A stretch of DNA of 64,000 nt, taken from a virus. Position numbers and translations under genes: made by a program. The stretch spans positions 1 to 64,000 of the IMG/VR virus record IMGVR_UViG_3300050343_000215; one strand, given 5' to 3'. This document shows, in pieces, positions 1-8,179 of this stretch; position 1 is the stretch's first letter, and every line of letters begins with the position of its first letter. The notes under the pieces are model-generated. The model did no database searches. It was not told where the DNA came from and worked only from the letters and a program-made list of their open reading frames with translations.

Positions 1-34
1 CGCTAAGACAGAAGGACATCCGCACATTATCAAG

Positions 35-79
35 TATTCCACACCTTTTTCCACACATTATCCACAGGCATGTGGAAAA
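35..79. repeat. Cluster of four DnaA-box-like 9-mers
   Basis: TATTCCACA 35-43, TTTTCCACA 47-55, TTATCCACA 58-66 and reverse TGTGGAAAA 71-79; the last three match TTWTNCACA exactly. Confidence 0.55.
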
Positions 80-146
80 CTTAAGTATATTTAAAATGAC
101 ATTTATAATATACTCCGAATACACCCCACAGTACCTTCGGAGTTAC

Positions 147-890
147 TTAGATAAGGTTATTACGGTAGAACTTATCACGTTCTCTCTCCTCTTGATCGTA
201 TGCATGTAACCTAGATCTAATACCATACTCCTTCTCACTCATCTCATCTCTATCTACTTCCGCAATGTTTGCTCTCTGTGATGCCATTGATGCATTAGTC
301 ATCCACCAACCTGCAATAATATACTTATCACCACTAATAGGAGGCACCCCACAATGAACATAAGACCAAGTACAAGGGAAGAAACAAATATGACCACGCT
401 TAGGTAATGCTTTGAAACCATCTACAAATGCAGTCTCTCCTCCTTCCTCTACATCATTCAAATAGATTAGATAAGATATTGCTCTCCAATAACCTTCATG
501 AGCATTAGGATCATAATAGTCATCACTATGCCATTTAAAGAATCCTCCAGGTGTAGTCTTCTGTACGTTAAATCCTGTGATATAAGAGTTCTTACGAAAC
601 AGTGGATAGATTAGATCAGGACATTGATCAGTAATGAGATCAGTATATGTTGCAAGAGTCTTTAGAATAACACGTTGTAGTTCTTGTGATTCAAAGTGAT
701 ACTTACGATTATTATAGATGTGTAGATCAGTAGACTGTTTAATCTTTAGATTTACTTGAGGAGGACCATCTTTATGACCACATACACCCTGATGAACATT
801 CTTATCAGTATTAAACTTTGCAATTAGTTTATCGCAAAATTCTTGTGATAGAAGAGGTTCATCAGAATAATAAATGTAGTTGTTAAACAT
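147..890 (-). CDS. 2OG-Fe(II) oxygenase (prolyl-4-hydroxylase-like)
   Basis: FKWHSD (HxD), YLNDVEEGGETAF, distal His in YVHCG, KYII. Confidence 0.9.
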   Translation of the reverse strand: MFNNYIYYSDEPLLSQEFCDKLIAKFNTDKNVHQGVCGHKDGPPQVNLKIKQSTDLHIYNNRKYHFESQELQRVILKTLATYTDLITDQCPDLIYPLFRKNSYITGFNVQKTTPGGFFKWHSDDYYDPNAHEGYWRAISYLIYLNDVEEGGETAFVDGFKALPKRGHICFFPCTWSYVHCGVPPISGDKYIIAGWWMTNASMASQRANIAEVDRDEMSEKEYGIRSRLHAYDQEERERDKFYRNNLI

Positions 891-913
891 AATGTTTGTG
901 GTCTTGTTGTATA

Positions 914-1322
914 TTACTTATAAAGATAACCACCTGCCCAATCACAGTTCTCTAATACAAACTCACGCTCGGTGATAATGAGAAGATTAAAGCGTACTCC
1001 TTTAGCAGGTTGTTTGAATGATGCTGCCTTGTATAACTTCACCAGTCTTCTTGTCAATGAAGGCATGAACTGATTCAGTCTCACCATTCACACATTGCAT
1101 GACCTTGTGATACTTACGACCAGAAGAGATTAATGCATAAGAATAGTTCTGACCATTAGGATGTGAACGCTGATGTGACTGTTGCAGTGCATCACACAAC
1201 ATTAGACCATACTTAGTCACATTGAGTTGATTGGTGTTCTGTGCATCCTTCTGAGCACAGTAGTCAGAAAATTCTTTACTATTATAGAATGCTTGATCTT
1301 GGTTGAATGTGGTGGTGGTCAT
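914..1322 (-). pseudogene. Cyanophage-type hypothetical gene with a 1-nt insertion frameshift near 1034
   Basis: Removing one base from GAA GTT ATA CAA gives EVYKAASFKQPAKGVRFNLLIITEREFVLENCDWAGGYLYK* ending at TAA 914-916; it has its own -10 and an ATG at 1322. Confidence 0.65.
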
Positions 1323-1676
1323 GGTGGTGTCCTTTGCTGATGAATTAATCATAACAGATGCTGGAGCGTCATCGGTGGAGTCCAGTGCCAGTTTAAGAAG
1401 TGGCATGGCACTGTATGCACTAGTCTGATCTAGTGCTACGATCTTACCTATCTTATTTGATCTGATGGGGGCATGGTAAGTGTGCGTAGTGCCTCTCTTT
1501 GTTGTCTTAAATTTGACAAACCCCCAGATTGTGCTGACTGTAGCGCCGCTATTGAAATTATAATGGTTAAGATGGTCACACCAGATGCTAATAACATTTG
1601 GTTTAAATTCAGCGGTTCGGTATCTGTATCCTGATGGTGCTTCATAAGGGAAATCAGTAGGTAATTCGTGCATCAT
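1002..1676 (-). CDS. Cyanophage hypothetical protein, read in frame through a promoter into the next gene
   Basis: ORF from MMHELPTDFP; no stop before the in-frame ATG at 1322. Confidence 0.6.
   Translation of the reverse strand: MMHELPTDFPYEAPSGYRYRTAEFKPNVISIWCDHLNHYNFNSGATVSTIWGFVKFKTTKRGTTHTYHAPIRSNKIGKIVALDQTSAYSAMPLLKLALDSTDDAPASVMINSSAKDTTMTTTTFNQDQAFYNSKEFSDYCAQKDAQNTNQLNVTKYGLMLCDALQQSHQRSHPNGQNYSYALISSGRKYHKVMQCVNGETESVHAFIDKKTGEVIQGSIIQTTC
1348..1406 (-). promoter_or_regulatory. 22-bp palindrome plus -10 (copy 1)
   Basis: ATGCCACTT-CTTA-AACTGGCAC (1385-1406), 31 nt, then TATGAT. Confidence 0.7.
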
Positions 1677-1749
1677 ACAGTTCAGCGTGGCGTTGTAATT
1701 CATTGATGTGATAATCTTCAATCGCACCATCAATGGTCTCATTCATCAT
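1654..1749 (-). CDS. Small hypothetical protein (31 aa)
   Basis: MMNETIDGAIEDYHINELQRHAELYDARITY*; fills the gap between neighbours. Confidence 0.4.
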   Translation of the reverse strand: MMNETIDGAIEDYHINELQRHAELYDARITY

Positions 1750-1750
1750 T

Positions 1751-1894
1751 TCACTTGAATGAAAAATTGACTCCCACGACTGTTGCTGTTGGGTTCCTTG
1801 CGAGTGCAGTTGTGCGAGCATCATGAGGGTTAGCAGCGATTACTTTTTCTTCAAATAGTTTGCCAGCGGCATACATTTTAACAATGTAAGTCAT
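1751..1894 (-). CDS. Small cyanophage hypothetical protein (47 aa)
   Basis: MTYIVKMYAAGKLFEEKVIAANPHDARTTALARNPTATVVGVNFSFK*; ATGA overlap with the upstream ORF. Confidence 0.7.
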   Translation of the reverse strand: MTYIVKMYAAGKLFEEKVIAANPHDARTTALARNPTATVVGVNFSFK

Positions 1895-2058
1895 GATCTC
1901 ATTACCTTGTTGAAGAGTTCATTGAAAGTTTTACGATCATCAACGAGAATAGGATGATCAATTAGATCAGTGTTGTCAATCATGATCATCAATTCTTGCA
2001 ACAGAATTAACTCTTCATAATGCAAACCTGTGATACTAAGAGTTTGTTGTGCCATCAT
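1891..2058 (-). CDS. Small hypothetical protein (55 aa)
   Basis: MMAQQTLSITG...KVMRS*; coupled overlaps at both ends. Confidence 0.6.
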   Translation of the reverse strand: MMAQQTLSITGLHYEELILLQELMIMIDNTDLIDHPILVDDRKTFNELFNKVMRS

Positions 2059-2267
2059 GATTCTACCTGAGATCTTTTCTCGTAGTCAATGTTCTGAACA
2101 TTGAATCCATAGAACTCTGTAATCTCATCCACTAGGTCATCTTCATCACAATGCCAGACACGATGTAAACAATCAGTGATGAGTTCTTCCTGAATGTTTG
2201 GAGGCAGTTCAAAATCACTGTCCTCAAAATTAAATGCGATCTCGCATACTTGATACTTACTTGTCAT
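2055..2267 (-). CDS. Acidic hypothetical protein
   Basis: ORF in a tightly packed operon; start placed at MTSKY. Confidence 0.65.
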   Translation of the reverse strand: MTSKYQVCEIAFNFEDSDFELPPNIQEELITDCLHRVWHCDEDDLVDEITEFYGFNVQNIDYEKRSQVES

Positions 2268-2467
2268 CAGTTCCAACCAGTTGATTCATCAGGATCACTA
2301 TCTAGTAGGTCAGGATAATACTCCTCAACCTCTTCAGTAATCTCAGCATCAGAATAGTTTGAGTAAGACTCATTCATGAAGTCATACAGAACACTCATTA
2401 CAGTTTTTAAATCCATGTCGTCAAGTGTTTGCTGGATGAGTTGGGATTGAAGTGTTTCTCTGTTCAT
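2267..2467 (-). CDS. Acidic hypothetical protein
   Basis: Start re-placed at MNRETL, downstream of TATAAT 2489-2494. Confidence 0.7.
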   Translation of the reverse strand: MNRETLQSQLIQQTLDDMDLKTVMSVLYDFMNESYSNYSDAEITEEVEEYYPDLLDSDPDESTGWN

Positions 2468-2488
2468 GAGATTTGTTCCTATGAAGTA

Positions 2489-2546
2489 ATTATAGAGCAC
2501 TGAGAGGACGCTAGGAGCGTCCCTGTGCCACTTATCAGACTGACTG
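2489..2546 (-). promoter_or_regulatory. 22-bp palindrome (degenerate left arm) plus -10 (copy 2)
   Basis: CAGTCAGTC-TGAT-AAGTGGCAC (2525-2546), 30 nt, then TATAAT. Confidence 0.65.
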
Positions 2547-2792
2547 GACCAGATCACCAACGCGGCGAGCATCTGCTACAATACCGCCCAGTGACATGCC
2601 CATAAGATCTTCTGCTTCAACAATCTGAGTCAGTTGTGATACAAATGCCTGAGATTCGCTGGTGAACTCATACATTTTATCAGGATTAGACTGATATGAA
2701 ATAGTTACAACTGCATCTTCAATCTTGATGAATGCAACTGCACTGGATTGTTCAGCAGTGAGAATACGAGCGATAGGAGCGTTCACGATCAT
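2535..2792 (-). CDS. Hypothetical protein
   Basis: 85-aa ORF in the local coding orientation. Confidence 0.65.
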   Translation of the reverse strand: MIVNAPIARILTAEQSSAVAFIKIEDAVVTISYQSNPDKMYEFTSESQAFVSQLTQIVEAEDLMGMSLGGIVADARRVGDLVQSV

Positions 2793-2850
2793 GATGATAA
2801 AAAAATGTTAGTGTTTGTTTGTCTAGGTCTTACGCTTAATACTGTGCAGC

Positions 2851-3015
2851 CTAGGAGAATGGAACGAATAAGCAATACTTGTTGTTATCGTAGATACCAA
2901 TGGTTTCACGATCAACTTCAACCCGCTCAAACAATTCGTCCCAATTGTTTACCCACTCTTGGATAGAATAATAGGGGATAATGTTATCCCCATGTAGAGC
3001 GTAGTTAGTATGCAT
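2851..3015 (-). CDS. Small hypothetical protein (54 aa)
   Basis: MHTNYALHGD...FVPFS*; TGATG overlap with the upstream ORF. Confidence 0.55.
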   Translation of the reverse strand: MHTNYALHGDNIIPYYSIQEWVNNWDELFERVEVDRETIGIYDNNKYCLFVPFS

Positions 3016-3266
3016 CAGCAGGTCATCGGAGCATACTCAGAGCGTGGCATCTGCTCTACGTTGTAGTTAGTTACCTCAGCACCGTTAGCGATACGCTCTG
3101 CCCACTCATTACGTGCTGTGAGCATGGTGACAGTGCTGTAGGACTTGAGACCGTTAGCATTCCAGGTGACACGCTTCTGGAAACGCTTGACGACAGTGCC
3201 AGACTCTTCAGCGATGAATGCCTCAGGAAAGAAATCAACCGTGGTGACGAGTGTAGTGAGTTGCAT
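3015..3266 (-). CDS. Cyanophage hypothetical protein
   Basis: 83-aa ORF with an AAGGA RBS and a promoter directly upstream. Confidence 0.75.
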   Translation of the reverse strand: MQLTTLVTTVDFFPEAFIAEESGTVVKRFQKRVTWNANGLKSYSTVTMLTARNEWAERIANGAEVTNYNVEQMPRSEYAPMTC

Positions 3267-3289
3267 GGGGTTCCTTGGTTGATGAATTA

Positions 3290-3347
3290 ATTATAGGGCA
3301 TCAGGCAGCGATGCCAAGGGTCTTAGTACCAGTTTGGGAACTGTCAC
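3290..3347 (-). promoter_or_regulatory. 22-bp palindrome plus -10 (copy 3)
   Basis: GTGACAGTT-CCCA-AACTGGTAC (3326-3347), 30 nt, then TATAAT. Confidence 0.75.
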
Positions 3348-3885
3348 AGGACCACTGGACAATGGGGCGAGCGATGGCAGTCTGCATCAGTGCTGCAACG
3401 TTGGTGCAGATGTAATCATCATTACCGCCACTCTGTCCACCCTGTTGCACATTGAACAAGCAATCATCACTCTTCAAGTGTGCTTCAAAATCTTCTTTAG
3501 TGATGTAGAACACGCGAATGTCCTGCTCAGAAGGATTAATTCCGCAGAAGATCAGGCGTTCCCAATCCTTACATACGGAAACATGATTAATGATGAACTT
3601 ATCAACGATCACACCACCTTTTTTAGCGCGAGTGGCGATAGAGAACTTAATCTCTGTGAGGATATTACTGATCACACGATCATGTCCTGCCGTAGATGTT
3701 GCGGCACGTTTGACTTCACAGAGCATGTTCTCCATGAACTTAGACACAAAACGCTCACCAAACTCACCCTTCTGCTTAGGTGACATGAACACATAACCCT
3801 CAAAAGGTGTACCTACCCAAGGATCACTCAGATTGCTGTCAACATAGGAGCGGAGACTACCATCAGCGAAAAGATTGTCAAACAT
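3301..3885 (-). CDS. PD-(D/E)XK restriction-endonuclease-like protein
   Basis: KGEFGERF helix, GHD and TEIKFS give the E...D...ExK pattern; start re-placed at MFDNLF. Confidence 0.6.
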   Translation of the reverse strand: MFDNLFADGSLRSYVDSNLSDPWVGTPFEGYVFMSPKQKGEFGERFVSKFMENMLCEVKRAATSTAGHDRVISNILTEIKFSIATRAKKGGVIVDKFIINHVSVCKDWERLIFCGINPSEQDIRVFYITKEDFEAHLKSDDCLFNVQQGGQSGGNDDYICTNVAALMQTAIARPIVQWSCDSSQTGTKTLGIAA

Positions 3886-3909
3886 GGAGTGCCTTGCGTT
3901 GATACAGAT

Positions 3910-3967
3910 AGTATGGCATAAAAAAAGCACCCTGTCAAGGATGCTGAACCAGTTCATTAAGTGTCAC
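3910..3967 (-). promoter_or_regulatory. 22-bp palindrome plus sigma70 promoter (copy 4)
   Basis: GTGACACTT-AATG-AACTGGTTC (3946-3967), then TTGACA-N17-CATACT with extended TG. Confidence 0.8.
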
Positions 3968-4154
3968 AGGGGGGATTGTCAATTGGGGTCAATCTGTCCC
4001 ACCATTCTGGATAGATCACTAGATTACTCGGTCCAACTGTCAATGTAATATACTTTCCACCAACATCATCAATGAAGTTTACTACACCATCGTGATCAAA
4101 ACCATTAGAAGTGTAGAGGAATCGTTGTCCCTTTACAAAATCACTAATCTTCAT
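3957..4154 (-). CDS. Hypothetical protein
   Basis: 65-aa ORF whose stop codon lies inside palindrome copy 4. Confidence 0.6.
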   Translation of the reverse strand: MKISDFVKGQRFLYTSNGFDHDGVVNFIDDVGGKYITLTVGPSNLVIYPEWWDRLTPIDNPPCDT

Positions 4155-4371
4155 AGATTAAACATTCCGGTTCAGATGGATTGGCATCACAATATAGTTC
4201 TAATGGTGATGGGTCATGATGATCACCTGCTTCAATCTCTGCCTTGTGATGTTCTGCATAATCTTCCAGTTCATGCAACTCACCTTCAATGTGGCGACGT
4301 TGATTGGGTGAAATCATAGGATTGTCAAGGATTTCTCTATCCTTGGCGATGTGAGATTCTATGTTCTCCAT
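4144..4371 (-). CDS. cp12: CP12 Calvin-cycle inhibitor, cyanophage type
   Basis: C-terminal PLELYCDANPSEPECLIYED (CxxxPxxxxC); no N-terminal Cys pair. Confidence 0.9.
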   Translation of the reverse strand: MENIESHIAKDREILDNPMISPNQRRHIEGELHELEDYAEHHKAEIEAGDHHDPSPLELYCDANPSEPECLIYED

Positions 4372-4404
4372 ATTTTTTGGTAATAGTGAGAGTAAATTTA
4401 TGTA

Positions 4405-4581
4405 TTATTTATCTGAGGTTTGCTCAGACTGTAGACATTTTACCATAAGATGAGTGAAACGTTCCATTTTGTCGTGATGTACTGACGCTGGATGTTCCTT
4501 AAGTGCTTTTCGCAATGCGTTGAGTTCCTCCAGTTCATTAGGAGTTAATGTACTACAGCGATCCGCTGGTAAGAATGACAT
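4405..4581 (-). CDS. Small hypothetical protein (58 aa)
   Basis: MSFLPADRCS...QTSDK*; preceded by TTGAGT-N17-TAGGAT. Confidence 0.6.
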   Translation of the reverse strand: MSFLPADRCSTLTPNELEELNALRKALKEHPASVHHDKMERFTHLMVKCLQSEQTSDK

Positions 4582-4656
4582 GTCGTGGTTTTGATTATGT
4601 TAGTATCCTAACATATCTAGGTGACTTACTCAAGTCTGTTAATAATGTTTTAATGT

Positions 4657-5217
4657 TCACTTAAATTGTGTATACACTGAATAACGTATACCTTTAGTCA
4701 CTGGAAGTGTTTCATATGGGAACATGAATGCTGATGGAAACACAATACCAGTGCCAGTAGATGAGTCGGTTTTTTCTGTACCATAGAATTGTAATCCCCC
4801 ACCTTCACAGTCATCATTAAGATGAATTATTGCTGTGATAGCAGCACCACTAGGTTCATGATGAATCGGACAATGATGTTCTACAGTGGATCTTATTAAA
4901 GTATATCCAATATCTGTACTGAAAGATGCTGCTCTAGGATAATCTTTGGCATACGAATACATCAATTTAGAGAATTTATCCATTAAAAGATCATCAATTT
5001 TGCCAGGTCCGATACCAACAACATCACATAATTTGTCACCATTGCTCTCTAACTCCTGCCAATCATCATGTTTATACATACCAATGATTTCTTGACATTC
5101 ATCAGCAGTAAGAGTATTTTTAAACTGTCTGATATAATCTTGGGTTGCTCTATCAATAAAACTACAGTCTTCAAACTTCAGTGGTTCTATTGGGTTTTCT
5201 AAATCAACAACTTTCAT
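4657..5217 (-). CDS. 2OG-Fe(II) oxygenase-like protein with a degenerate metal site
   Basis: HLNDDCEGGGLQF and FPSAFMFPYETLPVTKGIRYS; HxE replaces HxD and Tyr replaces the distal His. Confidence 0.75.
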   Translation of the reverse strand: MKVVDLENPIEPLKFEDCSFIDRATQDYIRQFKNTLTADECQEIIGMYKHDDWQELESNGDKLCDVVGIGPGKIDDLLMDKFSKLMYSYAKDYPRAASFSTDIGYTLIRSTVEHHCPIHHEPSGAAITAIIHLNDDCEGGGLQFYGTEKTDSSTGTGIVFPSAFMFPYETLPVTKGIRYSVYTQFK

Positions 5218-5374
5218 CGCTCTTTACTAATTCTTCTAGGTTAGAAATTAACATACCTTGAATCTCCTCTTGTGACATACTGTTGAGAAAACTCCACTGA
5301 GGATCATTCTTATCCCAGTCAATGGTAATTTGACCAGTGTCCTCATCATAATCAATTTTAAGACTATCTTCCAT
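5204..5374 (-). CDS. Small hypothetical protein (56 aa)
   Basis: MEDSLKIDYD...DESC*; TAATG coupling. Confidence 0.6.
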   Translation of the reverse strand: MEDSLKIDYDEDTGQITIDWDKNDPQWSFLNSMSQEEIQGMLISNLEELVKSDESC

Positions 5375-5553
5375 TAGTCTTGCTCCTGTTTAAATAGTTT
5401 ACGACACTTTTTAACTTCTTTGAGTTCATCTTTAATCATTTGATAAGCATCTTCAGGTGTTAGTTTCTTTGCCATTTCCATAGCAGTGATCATCTCAACT
5501 CTGGTTCCAAAGTGTTTAAGTGCTTCCTCAAAACAATTGAGTGATTCATACAT
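5374..5553 (-). CDS. Cyanophage hypothetical protein
   Basis: MYESLNCFEEALKHFGTRVEMI...; typical small cyanophage ORF. Confidence 0.7.
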   Translation of the reverse strand: MYESLNCFEEALKHFGTRVEMITAMEMAKKLTPEDAYQMIKDELKEVKKCRKLFKQEQD

Positions 5554-5728
5554 TGTCATCATCCTTAGCAACTATATTATATTGCACTGGATGAATATTG
5601 TCAACAGTTCTCCTCAGATCGGAAACATATTTCTCTAACGATTCAATCCTTGCTTCCAAATCTGTAATTCTATCTTCATACATTTCATCCCGTGGGTCAA
5701 GACCAGAATCCGACATTTGATCAAACAT
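5546..5728 (-). CDS. Small coiled-coil hypothetical protein
   Basis: 60-aa ORF with AGGAG RBS and heptad pattern. Confidence 0.6.
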   Translation of the reverse strand: MFDQMSDSGLDPRDEMYEDRITDLEARIESLEKYVSDLRRTVDNIHPVQYNIVAKDDDNV

Positions 5729-5740
5729 GTTATTCTCCTG

Positions 5741-6394
5741 TTAAACTTTTAATTCGTTTTGGAACTCCAATGACCTTACACTATCTGCATTAAATGAAAA
5801 TGTTAGTCTTTGGTCAGTGACATTTTGATCATCACTGAGTTTCACACAATGATTTAGGTGTGGTGGAAACAGCACTACATCACCATCAACAAAATTAGTG
5901 ATGTAATTATCATCATAGTATTTTCTCAATGGACTACTCTGAACATTTATTGGTCCCTGTGTTTTCATTGAGAGATCTGTTTTTTGAAATGCAAACTGAC
6001 CAGGCAGACAATTCTTTGCAAAGTAAACACCAGACCAGATAGGTGCTAATCCAGCCTCAGGAAGATGATTGTGCCATTCTTGTCCTTGACCTGCATAATA
6101 TGCATTATACCAAAAGTTATAAAACACAATCTCAGTCATTAATCCATAAGATTTATGCAATTTCTTAACTTGAAATAGCAAATCTTTTTGAAGTTGATTT
6201 ACTGCCTCCATCGGTGCATAAGGATCATCCTGCTGTACCTGAGGAAATGATGTATTTAATTCACACTGCCATGATCTAGGTTGACGTTTAACAACATCCC
6301 AGTTATCCCATTTATCATTATATTCATCATGCTTTTCAAACCTGAATTTGATAATGGGTGTTGAAAATAGTTCAATTACTTCAGTATTTTTCAT
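5741..6394 (-). CDS. Putative 2OG-Fe(II) oxygenase (TIGR02466-like)
   Basis: WYNAY...HNH...WSGVYF...GDVVLFPPHLNHCV. Confidence 0.8.
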   Translation of the reverse strand: MKNTEVIELFSTPIIKFRFEKHDEYNDKWDNWDVVKRQPRSWQCELNTSFPQVQQDDPYAPMEAVNQLQKDLLFQVKKLHKSYGLMTEIVFYNFWYNAYYAGQGQEWHNHLPEAGLAPIWSGVYFAKNCLPGQFAFQKTDLSMKTQGPINVQSSPLRKYYDDNYITNFVDGDVVLFPPHLNHCVKLSDDQNVTDQRLTFSFNADSVRSLEFQNELKV

Positions 6395-7007
6395 TGTTAT
6401 GACTGATGTTGAATGAAAAAGTTAGTCTCTGCTCAGTTCTGTTTGTTGCTCCTACTTTTACTGAATGATGTAAATGTGGTGGAAACAAAACTAAATTGCC
6501 ATCAGAGAATGGAGTGGGATAAAACTCTTCATAATAATCTCTCAATGGTGTGGTTTGATGAGCAAAAGATTGTTGAGTTCTATGTGAGTATTCTGTTTTG
6601 ATAAAATAAAATGATCCAGGGAAACAATTTTTTGCAAAATATACTCCAGACCAAAATGGATCCTTTCCATCAACTGTCAAATGATTATGTGGTTCTTGAC
6701 CCTGACCATCATAATATGCATTATACCAGAACGCTGTATACCTTAAATCAGTCGGCATATTCTTACTGAGCATGATCTTCTTGATCTGGAACATAATATC
6801 TTCCTTCAGATCATCTACAATAGCAGGAGGAACATATGGATCATCCTGTCTCACTTCAGGGAATGATGTATTTAATGGAACGTGCCATGATTCTGGTTTG
6901 CGATCACATTTATCCCAGTTACCAAACTCTCCCGCGTATTTCCGATGAGCATCAAACTCAGTTTGAATAACAGGAGTAGCAAATAAATTTAATATTTTTG
7001 TTTTCAT
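6381..7007 (-). CDS. Putative 2OG-Fe(II) oxygenase (TIGR02466-like), paralog of the neighbour
   Basis: WYNAY...HNH...WSGVYF...GNLVLFPPHLHHSV...RLTFSFN. Confidence 0.8.
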   Translation of the reverse strand: MKTKILNLFATPVIQTEFDAHRKYAGEFGNWDKCDRKPESWHVPLNTSFPEVRQDDPYVPPAIVDDLKEDIMFQIKKIMLSKNMPTDLRYTAFWYNAYYDGQGQEPHNHLTVDGKDPFWSGVYFAKNCFPGSFYFIKTEYSHRTQQSFAHQTTPLRDYYEEFYPTPFSDGNLVLFPPHLHHSVKVGATNRTEQRLTFSFNISHNNEKY

Positions 7008-7612
7008 AGTTTTTCAGACCACACTTTAGTTAGCATATTTTTACGATGCTTTTTACTACAAACAAGAGTATCATCAAGATTCATATTATCCTTATACTCT
7101 TTACAATGTATATTAATAGATATAATAATTCTATCGTTATCATCGTAATCCACAGGATCTACACCATGAGATGCCCATGAAGGAAATGCAATGAAGTCTC
7201 CTGAGTTTTGTGTGTCAGGATAATACTTCTTGCCTTTACTAATAAAGTAAAAGCACTTCTGATCCTTGGGCGCTCTTATAAAATGAACCATTGATAACAA
7301 CTGATCACCACTAAAATGTGTGTGAGTAGGATGAAACCCACTAGTTGTTCTATTATAGATCTGACACCACTTGAATACATCATTTACAGTTCTGTCTAGT
7401 AAATCAAGATGATCTAGAATTTCATTCAGTTTCTCATCATAATAACTCTCTAACTCAGGAGGAAAATGCCGAGATTTTGAAGCATTATATGATGAGTAAA
7501 TAGGAAACTGAACACCCTTACGTGGGTAGATGAAGTTATCAATCTTAATTGACCGACTCAGTTCTTCTACCAGAGCATCACTTAATTTATCATTGAACGT
7601 ATGAATGATCAC
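7004..7612 (-). CDS. Putative 2OG-Fe(II) oxygenase (TIGR02466-like)
   Basis: WCQIY...HTH...SMVHF...GDFIAFPSWASHGV...RIIISIN. Confidence 0.75.
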   Translation of the reverse strand: MIIHTFNDKLSDALVEELSRSIKIDNFIYPRKGVQFPIYSSYNASKSRHFPPELESYYDEKLNEILDHLDLLDRTVNDVFKWCQIYNRTTSGFHPTHTHFSGDQLLSMVHFIRAPKDQKCFYFISKGKKYYPDTQNSGDFIAFPSWASHGVDPVDYDDNDRIIISINIHCKEYKDNMNLDDTLVCSKKHRKNMLTKVWSEKL

Positions 7613-7893
7613 AACTTTCCACTAACAATACCAGAATTTACCACACGAGTATAATTTTGAAGTGTGCCATCTTGAAGACACTTAAGATGCCATCTAGACA
7701 TTTGAACCACACCTTCTTCAGTAGCACCAGTGAGAAAATGAGCACCCAAAGGATTCTTTAGAATGCTAGTATACAATCCAAACATACTCTTCTTGATGTA
7801 GAAGGTATCATCAATCCACACGACATTTTCTGGAATACTCTTTTCAATAGTATTATTTGGTCCTAGTGTACTCTTTAAAGATGGGTGAATCAT
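7609..7893 (-). CDS. Cyanophage hypothetical protein
   Basis: Start re-placed at MIHPSL. Confidence 0.65.
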   Translation of the reverse strand: MIHPSLKSTLGPNNTIEKSIPENVVWIDDTFYIKKSMFGLYTSILKNPLGAHFLTGATEEGVVQMSRWHLKCLQDGTLQNYTRVVNSGIVSGKL

Positions 7894-7894
7894 G

Positions 7895-8179
7895 TTAGTT
7901 TCTTGGTTCAGTTGCTTTGATAGTTGCTTTTCTTCTGTCAACTTTATACCTCTCTATGTGTGTGTTCATATGACCTTCACATTGGAAATAACAATTTCTA
8001 TTACTGCCATCAGTATCCTTGTAGTGGAGATGGTAAGGAAATACCTTATGAAATCCCCCCTCTGAACAACGAGGAGGATCAATTACAGGTCCACGTTGTT
8101 TTCTAGGGCGTCCTGGTTTGCGTTTGGTAATATCACCATCAGCGGCGACAGTGTTGCCCTTGCGATTACGAATTGCCAT
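7895..8179 (-). CDS. Basic hypothetical protein with an AT-hook-like motif
   Basis: KRKPGRPRK motif. Confidence 0.65.
   Translation of the reverse strand: MAIRNRKGNTVAADGDITKRKPGRPRKQRGPVIDPPRCSEGGFHKVFPYHLHYKDTDGSNRNCYFQCEGHMNTHIERYKVDRRKATIKATEPRN

Noticed and set aside
1448-1645. 65-aa alternative-frame ORF on the minus strand
   Set aside because: It lies wholly within the better-supported gene, has no RBS and shows no family motif
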